Notes under the pieces: model-generated
What the model was told of the DNA's origin: nothing
The model's input: the letters and a program-made list of their open reading frames with translations, nothing else
Databases searched by the model: none
Shown here: piece by piece, positions 10,601-18,686 of the stretch
Layout: every line of letters starts with the position of its first letter
Position numbering within the stretch: the first letter of the stretch is position 1
Origin: a virus
Direction: 5' to 3' (one strand)
IMG/VR virus record: IMGVR_UViG_2799112719_000001
Length of the DNA: 64,000 nt
Made by a program: the position numbers and the translations under genes

Positions 10601-10747
10601 TGTTGTAACGGTACGGATATCCAATGGAATGGTGGTGAAATAAACTTCGTACAAAACATGGGTTACGGAAATATCTATCCTTCCAAAGCAAGTAACGTAC
10701 TTGGTGGTGGCCACCTGGTAGGATCTTTCCGTGATAATGACTGGTAA
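4637..10747 (+). CDS. Tail fibre / receptor-binding protein, 2036 aa, modular
   Basis: Four tandem modules of about 250 aa, each starting DRET(I/L/V)PI..G.KG....IDxDNEM and containing VKSGG.G....Y(Q/E)L.PS. Short G-X-Y runs are present (GQKGQKGDPGD, GTKGGPGDPGNG). The C-terminal third has lower GC. Confidence 0.8.
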   Translation: MNPVISQTFAVTAVKPTISVDHIDNYYITEASGIMPAVSDSRWQLVPDGQQVPVPTASAPYLWHKYITYLTDGSALDPIVEFAGSLGQNGFDYDLVPSHSAIIKDANDNLSPANVSCSLIKRNADGSAETQSVVPSGYSVIVYRDNTSSSYTLGSNVSTAGITSVITFVLKYGNIEVERHDLRVIAEGAEGLTGRGIQSQDTRFKATTTNSIPATPTNDTTWNTWSSLASCGYSQSTPYLWKCIKTVYLNGNGTTETEYLVEGPTVWGQDGADAIFIDLDNEMDAIPCDSTGKVTVATTLVTYARLYRGSAIINDGLTAPVAANCKLGSVTPTITPQQDGAYKLEWVFAVNTQLSADRLTASIAIGYASKSYPAVFTANVVKSGAPGVSPAIYQLLLSQNDASFARNSSNQLTPASISIRCGYTKNYNGSIVKHDGDQASDLQNIDGTYNILYRAIAANGSPGSWAWMKDLSSSNFYLVIPNSTTNTAYEFILTTANSASAVAESNIFDRETLPINKDGLNGAPGESALIIDLDNEQDAFGTKADGKIAASVSRETTASMFYGITPLSATYSTTKTYEDGTTCGSEVSVDVNSETGKITVTMGSTSHVYNKTIFIDITGTASGYTDKPKTARFTIQPQAAGTDGLTPVIYQLMPSPSSLSFARNADGTLNMANNVITGYVKKIVDEETTILSSLSGYRIYYGYGNPATPSNFISVGDTITVSASNSASYASLVLELWKMNGSTKEKRLDRETIPINKEGQKGQKGDPGDTPFIIDIDNEMTSIPISTDGKVESQITLDFHLAAYYGSTNVINDCTVSLVGTAPTGFNVDVVTDKTTPRIVIAANTQPAEITELRFQVVHSDYGTRQTVFSIAAVKSGGKGQDAVMYELLPSDTAVTIGRDNNGDLNQTTATLKCGYTKRIGNQTPSTNSDVSSSFDGYNIYFRRKNRSNGTWSSFYLYSYYKSYYLTDFSVTTYSDIQFIICTNTSYTVTEGNVTGLIDRETVPIVLDGQKGKQGDNAFVLDIDNEMAAIPVNEQGKTTGALALDFGLNAFYGTTSVLNDCTVTVDGSAPNGFTVDLTDKFNPSISIAANIQPAEVTDIVLKAVHATYGTRYATFTVCAVKSGGRGEDAEIYQLKPSHTALQFARNSSGDLTGSYTLTCQIQKTVGSTTSNHDSLSGYYIYYGWDGAASPSTSLPTSGRSVGTSEAASHTSVVLELWRGQRSASGSVRLDRETIPILKDGTKGGPGDPGNGIANIYFYRMFTQSFEAPAENDSGWIASTSSSYPTEAGLTKENRYLWQKKLTSYTRSDNPTIEISLLAQFDSGVQENLLEDTAFLSEGQMEAWDVKNGNISPNMVGAHNAFYLTPDFGLSVTEMLKQKVYRSGELQKLKGNTWYTLSFWAAMTNYVDLLSSTVSNNVSDYWIVNGSRKGFTLAPGRSAVVTVTGRCASSNAYLRVYCFTTDDNGNWLQSTNVEIKTTYSRTLSFKITNNQSADKVFYVEGYVYKSDGSKNHESGTNYRCFMSLIRVDRGAQLLTYLHREDNGGAILRSAGNPWYVNGKKITAATQWDDKGYEWTLHDGTKACVQDGTYIQFSQDGAVRWQLNPGHHRYSVTFKTDALADNVNYFVLFRFWETSNGGWISMPKLEENTIASEWIEHTNDRMADDIQHVYDGPWESGKTYFYGGGTGVRHVVRAKESVSGAMTYWRMKQRTTSSGYTSTIQPYNDTSHWEKASYLKFLASDFALIENAIINFQQTNRILVYNSVGNVAAGMGGAEGGSNDYPLWVGADYANRATAPFRVTLLGKMYASGCVISGDSIFEGTLRGVTGSFRQLNAVDNNGNVKASIGFNSSEGKLYFEGDMQHQGYDSVNSRSYRFLTSDVWGRGSFATRQRLTVIVCGSYAYYFHKGLPSSWDVSTSVYVNLPSVTSGGRTYYRIPCYSPDNYSALAGMPVDTVLFRITSNTTYYYYLGLAASQRVVVANINDDQNNVKICCNGTDIQWNGGEINFVQNMGYGNIYPSKASNVLGGGHLVGSFRDNDW

Positions 10748-10775
10748 AAACAATTTAATTCAAAATTATATAACA

Positions 10776-11036
10776 ATGAAAATCAATTTCGATTCCGTAA
10801 AGGTCTATACTGACCTCGACAAAAAACAGAGCGTTACGCAGAACATGCGTAAGGAGTTCGCCAATTTTATCTACACACAGGGAAACGGTATCGCCGCTCA
10901 TGCCCTTGCATTAAAGATATACAACGGCAACCCAGATACAGAATATGACGATATGGAGGTTGGCATCATTCGTACCTTCGTGGATAACTGTACTCCCTGC
11001 GTCATTGACGCTTTCCATGAAATGCTCAATTCATAA
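10776..11036 (+). CDS. Hypothetical small protein (86 aa)
   Basis: ATG at 10776 (MKINFDS). The track ORF start at 10731 overlaps the fibre gene. Confidence 0.55.
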   Translation: MKINFDSVKVYTDLDKKQSVTQNMRKEFANFIYTQGNGIAAHALALKIYNGNPDTEYDDMEVGIIRTFVDNCTPCVIDAFHEMLNS

Positions 11037-11048
11037 ATTCATAAATCA

Positions 11049-11777
11049 ATGAAGAAAGAATTTCTAATCATCTTTGGTACTCCACACCTCCTGACTACTC
11101 CAGGCAAGGGTGCTCCTGATGGTTCCATCCGCGAACCAGTCTATTGCCGTGAACGCATCAAGTCTATGTGCGAAAAGCTCCGTGCCTACGGCTACAATGT
11201 GGCTATTGACTACGAAGATCTGAATCTTCCTGAAGGTATGCGCACAAAGGACTGGAAGCTGGAACAGAACCGTGAGCTGTCTATGCGTGTGCGACTGGTC
11301 AACGACCTCTGTAAAACCTACGATTGCATCTACGTTAGCGTCCACCTCAATGCTGCTGGTGCCGATGGCAAGTGGCATGGTGCCGGTGGATGGTGTGCCT
11401 ACACCTCGCCTGGTAAGACAAAGGCTGACAATCTCGCTGAATGTCTCTACGATGCTGCCATTCCTAACCTCCGTGAGTATGTGGATATTATCAGCACAGG
11501 CAAACTGCGTGGTGAATACACCGACAAACAAACACCTATCCGCATGGATAAGTCAGATGGCGACCGTGACTTGGAAGCAGCCTTCTATGTGCTGAAACAC
11601 ACATCCTGCCCTGCCGTCCTCACTGAAAATCTTTTCCAGGACAATAAGCGCGATGTGCAATATCTGCTCTCTGATGCCGGCCAACACGCTATTGAGCGTC
11701 TGCATATCGAAGGCATCCTGAACTACATCAAAAAGTATGTCCCGTATGCTGTTGTACCACAACAGCCCACCCATTAG
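11049..11777 (+). CDS. N-acetylmuramoyl-L-alanine amidase (Amidase_3-type endolysin)
   Basis: IIFGTPHL..PGKG, YVSVHLNAAG and CPAVLTENLFQDN match the Amidase_3 zinc-amidase motif pattern. Confidence 0.8.
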   Translation: MKKEFLIIFGTPHLLTTPGKGAPDGSIREPVYCRERIKSMCEKLRAYGYNVAIDYEDLNLPEGMRTKDWKLEQNRELSMRVRLVNDLCKTYDCIYVSVHLNAAGADGKWHGAGGWCAYTSPGKTKADNLAECLYDAAIPNLREYVDIISTGKLRGEYTDKQTPIRMDKSDGDRDLEAAFYVLKHTSCPAVLTENLFQDNKRDVQYLLSDAGQHAIERLHIEGILNYIKKYVPYAVVPQQPTH

Positions 11778-11789
11778 CCCCATAAAGCA

Positions 11790-12473
11790 ATGAAACAAGA
11801 CCAATACTTCCGCGATTTCCAGAAGCTCTGCATCGACATCCTGGCTCAGTCTGATAACTGCCAGGAGTCGCAAGATCTTTTCCGTGCATCTCGCTCTGTT
11901 CCAGAACTGGTGACGGCATGGCAACGCTTCTGGGCCGGTGTGCTGCATGAGGTGCCCGAACAGGTCATTAAGGCTTTCGGTGCCCTCTATCCCGTCTATC
12001 GGGATGATATTCTTCGTGCCGGCTTCTATTACAACGAGGCACCGCCTATCGACGCGCCCGCCTCAATGGTTCTCATCGGCAATGCCCCTGTGCCCGAAGC
12101 ATCGGCTTCGGGTTCTGAAGCCCCCGTCCCCCTCACCATTGCTGGCCGTCATCGTGTCTATGTCCTGGGCGACCACACCATCACCTGCACCGACAACGCC
12201 AACGTCCACATCGTTGCCGACTCTGCCAACGTGACCCTAACAGGTAGTGCCCGTTGTAACATTGAACGTGGCACCGTTACAGCTCGTGACCGTTCCACCG
12301 TCTCAGGACGTGGCACCATCCATTGCTATGACTCCACCACCATCCTTGCATACGGTGGCATAGTGCATGACCATGGCCACCTCGATATTCGGGCCTACAA
12401 CGATGCCACCATCTACTCGTTTACCAACCGTCGCATTGAGTTTCACGATAATGCTAAACTGATTTATGAATAG
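11790..12473 (+). CDS. Hypothetical protein (227 aa) carrying an in-frame palindromic element
   Basis: ORF with a repetitive beta-strand-like C-terminal half. It contains PVPEASASGSEAPVP, encoded by the hairpin at 12090-12113. Confidence 0.65.
   Translation: MKQDQYFRDFQKLCIDILAQSDNCQESQDLFRASRSVPELVTAWQRFWAGVLHEVPEQVIKAFGALYPVYRDDILRAGFYYNEAPPIDAPASMVLIGNAPVPEASASGSEAPVPLTIAGRHRVYVLGDHTITCTDNANVHIVADSANVTLTGSARCNIERGTVTARDRSTVSGRGTIHCYDSTTILAYGGIVHDHGHLDIRAYNDATIYSFTNRRIEFHDNAKLIYE
12090..12113 (+). repeat. In-frame palindromic element, family A (VPEASASG)
   Basis: GTG CCCGAAGC ATCG GCTTCGGG T. Perfect 8-bp stem and 4-nt loop, inside ORF 11790..12473. Confidence 0.8.
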
Positions 12474-15105
12474 TCATATCGCCATTACAGCCCTCAAAAA
12501 CGGTCGCCAGCAGCCGCTGAATCTCGGCGACGATTTCAGCATCGACATCGACGATCAGAATCCGTTGTTTAACGACAACGAAATGTTTTCGTACCCATGT
12601 CGAATGCCTATGGAGGGCAACCGTTTCCTGCTGGGTAATATCGACGATCCTGCCAACATCGACCGTCCCGTTGGTTTGGAGCATACGAAGATGCGTATCG
12701 TAGTCGATAACCAGCCTTTCCGCTCCGGCACCCTCGTAACTGCCGAAGATGAAGAAATCGACACCGCTCTCACCATGAATATCACGGCCTCTGAGCACTC
12801 TATTGATGACCTCATAGGCGAACTGCAATGCCGTGATATTCCTCTGAAGGATCGTATTCTCATTGGTGAGAAAATCGGAGCTGTGAAGGCGCATATTGAC
12901 TATGATTTCCAAATCAAGATAACATATAGTGGTAAGAAACCTGATGAAATCCATTCCATCACTTCACAGCGTAGTAGTGATGCGGAGTTTTCGCCCCAGG
13001 CTCTCGGTTTCTCTTATCCTGGCCGTTGTGTCACTCAGTCAGGCACCAAGGAGAAAGCGGTAAAGAGTAAGGAAGAGAGTTATGGCGATGATAAGAAGGT
13101 AATCATTCCCCAGGTACAGACATCGTTTATCAATGTGAGCGATGCCTATCCGACGGCGAAATACTGTAATGCCCGTGTCTGCTATACACACTATGATATC
13201 GACGAAGACGGTAAGACAACCTCTAAGGCCAGTCCGAAGACAAAGCACACAGGACCTAACGACCACTGGCCGTATTGGGTGCTGGAGGCCGACCGTCCTC
13301 AGTCTGGCATCTGCTTCTATGTGCTTTACTTCCTCGACTGCCTTTTCTCGTTCCTGGGTGTCAGCTTTGACAACACCGAACTGCTGAAGGTGGAAGACAT
13401 GCGCCGCCTGTGCTTCTTTACGACACACTGCAAGTACGACGAGGAAAAGAAGTACCCTAACGTGGATGGTTATTTCCAAACGGTTAATGAGGTCAACGAA
13501 TGGCTGGAGAGTCGTGGCTGTGGTGGTAAGTTTGTAATCTCTGACGTAAAGGGCAAGCAGCTCGACGATTGCGAATACCATTATTACAATCCGTTCAACG
13601 GTCAAACGTATAATGGCCATGCTACTGTAGGTGTGGACGGTGTGCAGTCTATCACTGTTGAACCGACAAAGACGGGTGAGAGTCTGAAGGCTGATATCAT
13701 GCTGATGTATGCCAACAGCGATAACTTCCCTGACGAAGCTGTGAAGACGGTGCTGGATTCGCTCTGGGCATCGTTTGGCATCAAGTTTGAGTATAACTAC
13801 GAGAAGAAACATGTCCGTGCTTACTTTGCCCGTGATGTGTTCCGTGACCAGCAGGATCCTATCGACTTCCCAGGCCGCGTAATCTCCATGAAAAAGATTG
13901 CTGAGAAGATTACGGGTGTTAGCATGAAGTACAGCAGCGAGAGTGATGCAAAGGAACAGCGTAGTAACGTGAAACAGGGTAAGAAGGATTATGATACGTC
14001 CTATGACTATATCGACTATCCTCAGAAATCGACTGTCACTAACAAACACTACGAAGAGATTTTCCGTGCGCCCAAGCAGTCTGGTGGTGAACGCGATAAG
14101 ACGTGCTATATTGACCGTGCAACTGGAAACAAATACCGTATCAAGGTCAATGGCGAGGCAACCAGCTCATCCGACTGGAAACCGGCTCTCTTTGAGGTGG
14201 GTCAGTTCAAGGGTGTAGAGCTGGGCGATTGCTCTGAGTTAAATAAGGACTTCGTGGAGGAAATCGTCAGCGATTTTCAACCGATGGAGTTTAACGATGT
14301 CAACTATCAGACTGAGATCGCACAGGCCAGTGGTACGCATAATGATGGTAGCGGAAACACGGTATCATTGAATACCGACCGCATGGAGCCTATTCTGGCT
14401 GCATACATCGACGAAGACATGGAACATGAGTTCATCAAACAGATCATCAAGGAAAGCATCGGTTCTGACTTCGTGGAGTGCTATGCTGAAGAGCAGATGG
14501 AGTTGATAGAAAACTACGACCCCAGCGACACAGACGATGGCAACAGCCCGTTACAGTCTATTGATTGGGGCCTTGCTATCGCTATCATGCGTGGTGGTGG
14601 CACCAATGCGACCATTCAGACCTACGATTTCAATTACGATGGCTTTGGTAACTCAAAGTGGCGTACTGTCGCCGGCCTCTATGCCCTCACGTCTGACTCT
14701 ATCGACATGTGGGGTAATGAGTACGACTACAACGGTGTGCAGCCTGGTATCGGTGGTGGTGAACGCTTCTCACTCAAAATACGCTCATGGGTGCAGCCTG
14801 AATGGGCTGATGGCCCGCTCGTGGATCCTGATGTCATCAACGCACAGACGGGAGTCGTCGAGAAGAAAATTAAGTCGCGTGGACTCTTCGACACCTTTAT
14901 GTCGGAATACTGCAACTTCATCCTGAAACGTCGCAAGTACCGCATCCAGATAGAGTGCTCTGCCGCACAGGTGGCCGATGTGCCAAACCACTGGACGCGC
15001 CGCTTCCGTATCAATGGCCTGGTAGGATTCATCAATAAACTGTCCTACAACGTCTCAGCAAAAGACGGCTTGAACAGTCTTGAAGTAGAGTTTTACGTCT
15101 ATTAG
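12466..15105 (+). CDS. Large virion structural protein (879 aa), function unassigned
   Basis: Overlaps the previous stop by 8 nt. Its N-terminus, NSHIAITALKNG, shares the AITAL motif with the two fibre ORFs. Confidence 0.75.
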   Translation: MNSHIAITALKNGRQQPLNLGDDFSIDIDDQNPLFNDNEMFSYPCRMPMEGNRFLLGNIDDPANIDRPVGLEHTKMRIVVDNQPFRSGTLVTAEDEEIDTALTMNITASEHSIDDLIGELQCRDIPLKDRILIGEKIGAVKAHIDYDFQIKITYSGKKPDEIHSITSQRSSDAEFSPQALGFSYPGRCVTQSGTKEKAVKSKEESYGDDKKVIIPQVQTSFINVSDAYPTAKYCNARVCYTHYDIDEDGKTTSKASPKTKHTGPNDHWPYWVLEADRPQSGICFYVLYFLDCLFSFLGVSFDNTELLKVEDMRRLCFFTTHCKYDEEKKYPNVDGYFQTVNEVNEWLESRGCGGKFVISDVKGKQLDDCEYHYYNPFNGQTYNGHATVGVDGVQSITVEPTKTGESLKADIMLMYANSDNFPDEAVKTVLDSLWASFGIKFEYNYEKKHVRAYFARDVFRDQQDPIDFPGRVISMKKIAEKITGVSMKYSSESDAKEQRSNVKQGKKDYDTSYDYIDYPQKSTVTNKHYEEIFRAPKQSGGERDKTCYIDRATGNKYRIKVNGEATSSSDWKPALFEVGQFKGVELGDCSELNKDFVEEIVSDFQPMEFNDVNYQTEIAQASGTHNDGSGNTVSLNTDRMEPILAAYIDEDMEHEFIKQIIKESIGSDFVECYAEEQMELIENYDPSDTDDGNSPLQSIDWGLAIAIMRGGGTNATIQTYDFNYDGFGNSKWRTVAGLYALTSDSIDMWGNEYDYNGVQPGIGGGERFSLKIRSWVQPEWADGPLVDPDVINAQTGVVEKKIKSRGLFDTFMSEYCNFILKRRKYRIQIECSAAQVADVPNHWTRRFRINGLVGFINKLSYNVSAKDGLNSLEVEFYVY

Positions 15106-15113
15106 TCTTCGTG

Positions 15114-15140
15114 CCCGCTGGTTCGCCAGCGGGTTTTTCT
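15114..15140 (+). terminator. Intrinsic terminator (family-B hairpin)
   Basis: CCCGCTGG (15114-15121), loop TTCG, CCAGCGGG (15126-15133), then TTTTTCTTTT. Confidence 0.7.
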
Positions 15141-15182
15141 TTTGTCCCTACCTTTTTCCGTTCTATCGCTATCTTTGCCAAA
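15136..15182 (+). promoter_or_regulatory. Late promoter copy 2
   Basis: TTTTGTCCCTACCTTTTTCCGTTCTATCGCTATCTTTGC. The -7 box TATCTTTG lies at 15170-15177. Confidence 0.6.
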
Positions 15183-15199
15183 AATAAACGCTTATTATT

Positions 15200-17044
15200 A
15201 TGGCAAAGAAAAAAGACGCTTTCATCCAGACGGTCAAAGGACCAGAACAGTTGCGACACCGTGCAGAGCAGCTGCGCAAGATGGGTTATTCCATCCTTTT
15301 GCCCAGCGAAAACAACTATCTTAACATGGATGGTCCGCGTGAGTCGTGGAGTGACTTTATCGGCGCACAACTGCGCTCTGGTGCCTCTGAGAATGGACGC
15401 GCACAGCGTAAGTCCATCCCTACCCTCTACTTCAGTAGTGGTAATGAGGTGAAAACGGGCGTTTCCGACAAAGGTACAAAGGACTTGGGCTATATTGAGT
15501 GGGGATTGGGCAACACACTGCCTAACCTCGTGGCCTTGCTCACAAACATGTTGCCCTACACAGCTGCTGGTGTTGAGTTCAATCAGATGCTCGTGACGGG
15601 TCTCGGTCCCCAGCCGAAATTTGACGTGGCTCAATATGTGGGTGGTAACATCACCACCACGAAGATACGCTATAAGGATGCTGGCAAATGGCTCCGTGGC
15701 CGTATCATCGACCTCCAGCGTGAGCTGCTGAAACTCCACTCAGAGCATAATGCTACTACTCCCGCTGGCTCTTCGGCTGGTAATGAAGGTGTTAGTGTGC
15801 TCGGTGGTTCTGCCACCGAGGGTGGTGCTCCATCGGCTTCCGCTAACCAGGTGTTTGATAGCCTTTGTGAATCTATCAGTGAACAGATTGAGGATCTGCA
15901 AAAGGCCCTGAAGAAATGGAATGAGACATGGCCAAAGGTAAAGGATTTCCTGGAGCGTAACAACCTCGCTCAGACATGGCTTGCTGTGTCGCTCGATCAG
16001 GTGATGTTTAATATTTCATTCCCAGAATTGCAGTTGAACCAGCGACAACTCGATAAAAATAATAAGGATGTAGAGACGAAAGATTGGACTCCAGCCATTA
16101 CGGGATTGTCCTACCGTAGTTGCCATACAACCAGATTGGAGCGAATGGATCAATACGGGCGTATCAATTATGTGTACTGCTCGAATCGTTGGCTGGATAA
16201 GCCATGGCTCGATCAGGGAGGCGACCAGAACGCGCCCATCAATGCCATTCATGCCCTTAATCCGGCTTCACCGCTGACTTCGCTGCAAGAGGTGGTTTGG
16301 GAGGCAAAGGAAAAGAACGTATCGGTAAACAAACGTCCTACGCGCTTCGTGCTGCCTACGTTCAATCCTACTGCTGGCCGTCCGTATTATCCGACTCCTG
16401 CCTGGCATTCCATCTTTGGTGGCGATATCTACGAGTATCTTTCTACGATTATCAGTGACCGCTACAATCGTAAGAAGAATAGCAATATCATTGGCCGTAT
16501 CATCTACCTGCACAACGATTATATGCAGCAACTCTTCATTCAGAAGAAAGCACAGTCTGATAGAAAGAAGCAGGCAGAGATACGCGATAAACTCTATACG
16601 CAAATCAATCAGTGGCTATCCAACCGTGACAATGCCGGTCAGTCGCTCTTAGCCTTTACCTTCATGGGGACTGATGGCGAGGAACACAAGAGCTTCGAGA
16701 TAGTGGAGATTGAGAGTGCCAGCAAGTCTGTGGCTGATGCCAACGAGAAAGAGACGGCTGAGATCTCATCTATCGTCTTCATGGCTCTTGGACTGGATGC
16801 CCGCCTGCTTGGTTCGTCACCAATGGCTTTGGTTGGTAGCAGTGGCGGTACGGACATCCGTGAGCGTTATCTGTTGCGTCTCATCCTGAAGTCGCCCATC
16901 CAGAACGTCATGCTGAAGACGCTCGATGTGGTGTCGCATTTCAACGAATGGGACGAAAACCTCTGTTGGGAGATCGACCGCGAGGTGATGACTACGCTCG
17001 ACCGTTCTAAATCAGGTGTAACAACTCAGGACAAACCCGAATAA
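15200..17044 (+). CDS. Large structural protein (614 aa); a portal role is possible but unsupported by any motif
   Basis: First gene after late promoter copy 2. Only size and position are portal-like. It contains a PAGSSAG low-complexity loop. Confidence 0.7.
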   Translation: MAKKKDAFIQTVKGPEQLRHRAEQLRKMGYSILLPSENNYLNMDGPRESWSDFIGAQLRSGASENGRAQRKSIPTLYFSSGNEVKTGVSDKGTKDLGYIEWGLGNTLPNLVALLTNMLPYTAAGVEFNQMLVTGLGPQPKFDVAQYVGGNITTTKIRYKDAGKWLRGRIIDLQRELLKLHSEHNATTPAGSSAGNEGVSVLGGSATEGGAPSASANQVFDSLCESISEQIEDLQKALKKWNETWPKVKDFLERNNLAQTWLAVSLDQVMFNISFPELQLNQRQLDKNNKDVETKDWTPAITGLSYRSCHTTRLERMDQYGRINYVYCSNRWLDKPWLDQGGDQNAPINAIHALNPASPLTSLQEVVWEAKEKNVSVNKRPTRFVLPTFNPTAGRPYYPTPAWHSIFGGDIYEYLSTIISDRYNRKKNSNIIGRIIYLHNDYMQQLFIQKKAQSDRKKQAEIRDKLYTQINQWLSNRDNAGQSLLAFTFMGTDGEEHKSFEIVEIESASKSVADANEKETAEISSIVFMALGLDARLLGSSPMALVGSSGGTDIRERYLLRLILKSPIQNVMLKTLDVVSHFNEWDENLCWEIDREVMTTLDRSKSGVTTQDKPE

Positions 17045-17046
17045 CC

Positions 17047-18075
17047 ATGGCACAAGGATTACTCATACAAGGCGCATCACCGTTGGTTGGCTCTCCAATC
17101 ACGTTCAAGGTGCAGGCTGCCGTCATCAGTGGCGAGTGTGCTTTCCATCGTGTAAAGCTCACCGTACATGCCGGCATCTATGGTGGCAACTATACCGACC
17201 TGACGCTATCCTCACCTGCTGAGAGTGGCGAAAACCTGTACTTCGATGTTTCGTCTGCTCTCCGTGCCGTGGCTGATAGCTATGAGTACACTGCTACGCC
17301 TCCTGCTGCCTATCCCTATATCGTCTATGACCTGTCGGCCTGTGATGAGTATATGCAGAATGGTGAAGTGCATGATAATGTGGGTGTCGTGACCAGCAAC
17401 GGCCACAAAGCCATTTTTGGGGCCTACTCTGACCTGGAGCGCATCCTCAGTGGTGGCAGTAAACTGGCACAGCACTTTACCCGTAAGCCCAACACCACAC
17501 CCGAAGTGGTGGCCGTAGGCGAGACAATGGTATGCCCTCAGTCGTTTGCAACGGCTATCAGTGAGGGTAGTATCACTACGGGGCCTACGTCATCGGTGGT
17601 CAGTATTACAACGCCTGGCCTGCAAACCATCAATGGCCGTCAGGTGTATGCTGTGGCCGCCGGACAGACCGACCGCTACCAGTTCCGCTTTGTCAATGGT
17701 TTGGGCTGTCTCGAATCAATCAGTGTGCGCTCATTCAAGACCACTGAGACGAATGTAACGCAAGAGTCATACATTCGTGCCATACAAGAAACCTTTGGCT
17801 CGTTCTCGCGTGGCCTGGTGACAAAGAAAAACGACTATGAGACATGGAAGATGTCTTCTGGTCCTCTCGATGAAGCATGGCATTCGTGGTTTATCCATGA
17901 GTTCCTGATGGCTAAGTTCGCTTGGATTAAGATAGGAAACAACTGGCTCGGTTGCCATATCGTGCCGGAAGAGACCGTAGAGGGCATCGACCGTACTAAT
18001 GGATCTTTCTACGAAGTACAGTTCTCTGTCCGTCTCGACCTCAATGGCTCTCCCCTGGCTGCCCTCGCAATATAA
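17047..18075 (+). CDS. Hypothetical virion protein (342 aa)
   Basis: 2-nt gap to the upstream gene. No motif recognised. Confidence 0.7.
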   Translation: MAQGLLIQGASPLVGSPITFKVQAAVISGECAFHRVKLTVHAGIYGGNYTDLTLSSPAESGENLYFDVSSALRAVADSYEYTATPPAAYPYIVYDLSACDEYMQNGEVHDNVGVVTSNGHKAIFGAYSDLERILSGGSKLAQHFTRKPNTTPEVVAVGETMVCPQSFATAISEGSITTGPTSSVVSITTPGLQTINGRQVYAVAAGQTDRYQFRFVNGLGCLESISVRSFKTTETNVTQESYIRAIQETFGSFSRGLVTKKNDYETWKMSSGPLDEAWHSWFIHEFLMAKFAWIKIGNNWLGCHIVPEETVEGIDRTNGSFYEVQFSVRLDLNGSPLAALAI

Positions 18076-18103
18076 AACAATAATCAAACAAAATAATAAC
18101 GAT

Positions 18104-18640
18104 ATGAACCAGATTATCTCATTCTTTCAGAGCTTTTTCTGCTCTATCCCACGTCTCGTTGCAGTCGCCTTGGGAATTGTATGGGCATGGTTGGAACCAA
18201 CGCTCCCCTATGCCCTGTTGTGTGTGTTTGCTGTGTTAATAGACTGTCTGACTGCCTGGCGACTAAACCGACGCATCAAAGCCACATTCCCGAAAAGTAA
18301 AGCCGATGGTAAACTGAAATCGGCTCACATGTTCAAGATGGTTAGTGACCTGGCGATTGTCTGGTTCTGCATTCTGCTTGCTGAAGGTGTGGATAAGCAT
18401 TTGCTCGCCCACCTCGGAGGCTTACACCTCGGTCAGTATGTGGCTGCCATCTTCATCCTCTGTACCATGGTTAGCATCCTCGAAAACGAATCATCCTGTA
18501 ATGGTTCTGCATGGGCAAGAGCCGTCCAAAAGATTGTCACCTCTAAGGTTGCACGTCACATTGACATCGACGAAGAGGAACTGGAGGCTGCTATCAAACC
18601 TAACAAGGCTAAAAAGCACAAGAAAGCTGTCAAAGAATAA
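18104..18640 (+). CDS. Holin (phage_holin_4_1-like)
   Basis: ATG at 18104 (MNQIISFF). Three to four TM helices, the LIDCLTAW and VSILENESS motif pair characteristic of this holin family, and a charged Lys-rich C-terminus. Confidence 0.65.
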   Translation: MNQIISFFQSFFCSIPRLVAVALGIVWAWLEPTLPYALLCVFAVLIDCLTAWRLNRRIKATFPKSKADGKLKSAHMFKMVSDLAIVWFCILLAEGVDKHLLAHLGGLHLGQYVAAIFILCTMVSILENESSCNGSAWARAVQKIVTSKVARHIDIDEEELEAAIKPNKAKKHKKAVKE

Positions 18641-18650
18641 TGTCACCTAT

Positions 18651-18669
18651 GCCGTGATATCATCACGGC
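18651..18669 (+). terminator. Hairpin after the holin gene
   Basis: GCCGTGAT (18651-18658) pairs with ATCACGGC (18662-18669). The T-run after it is weak. Confidence 0.4.
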
Positions 18670-18686
18670 CTTAAAATTTGTTCGCT

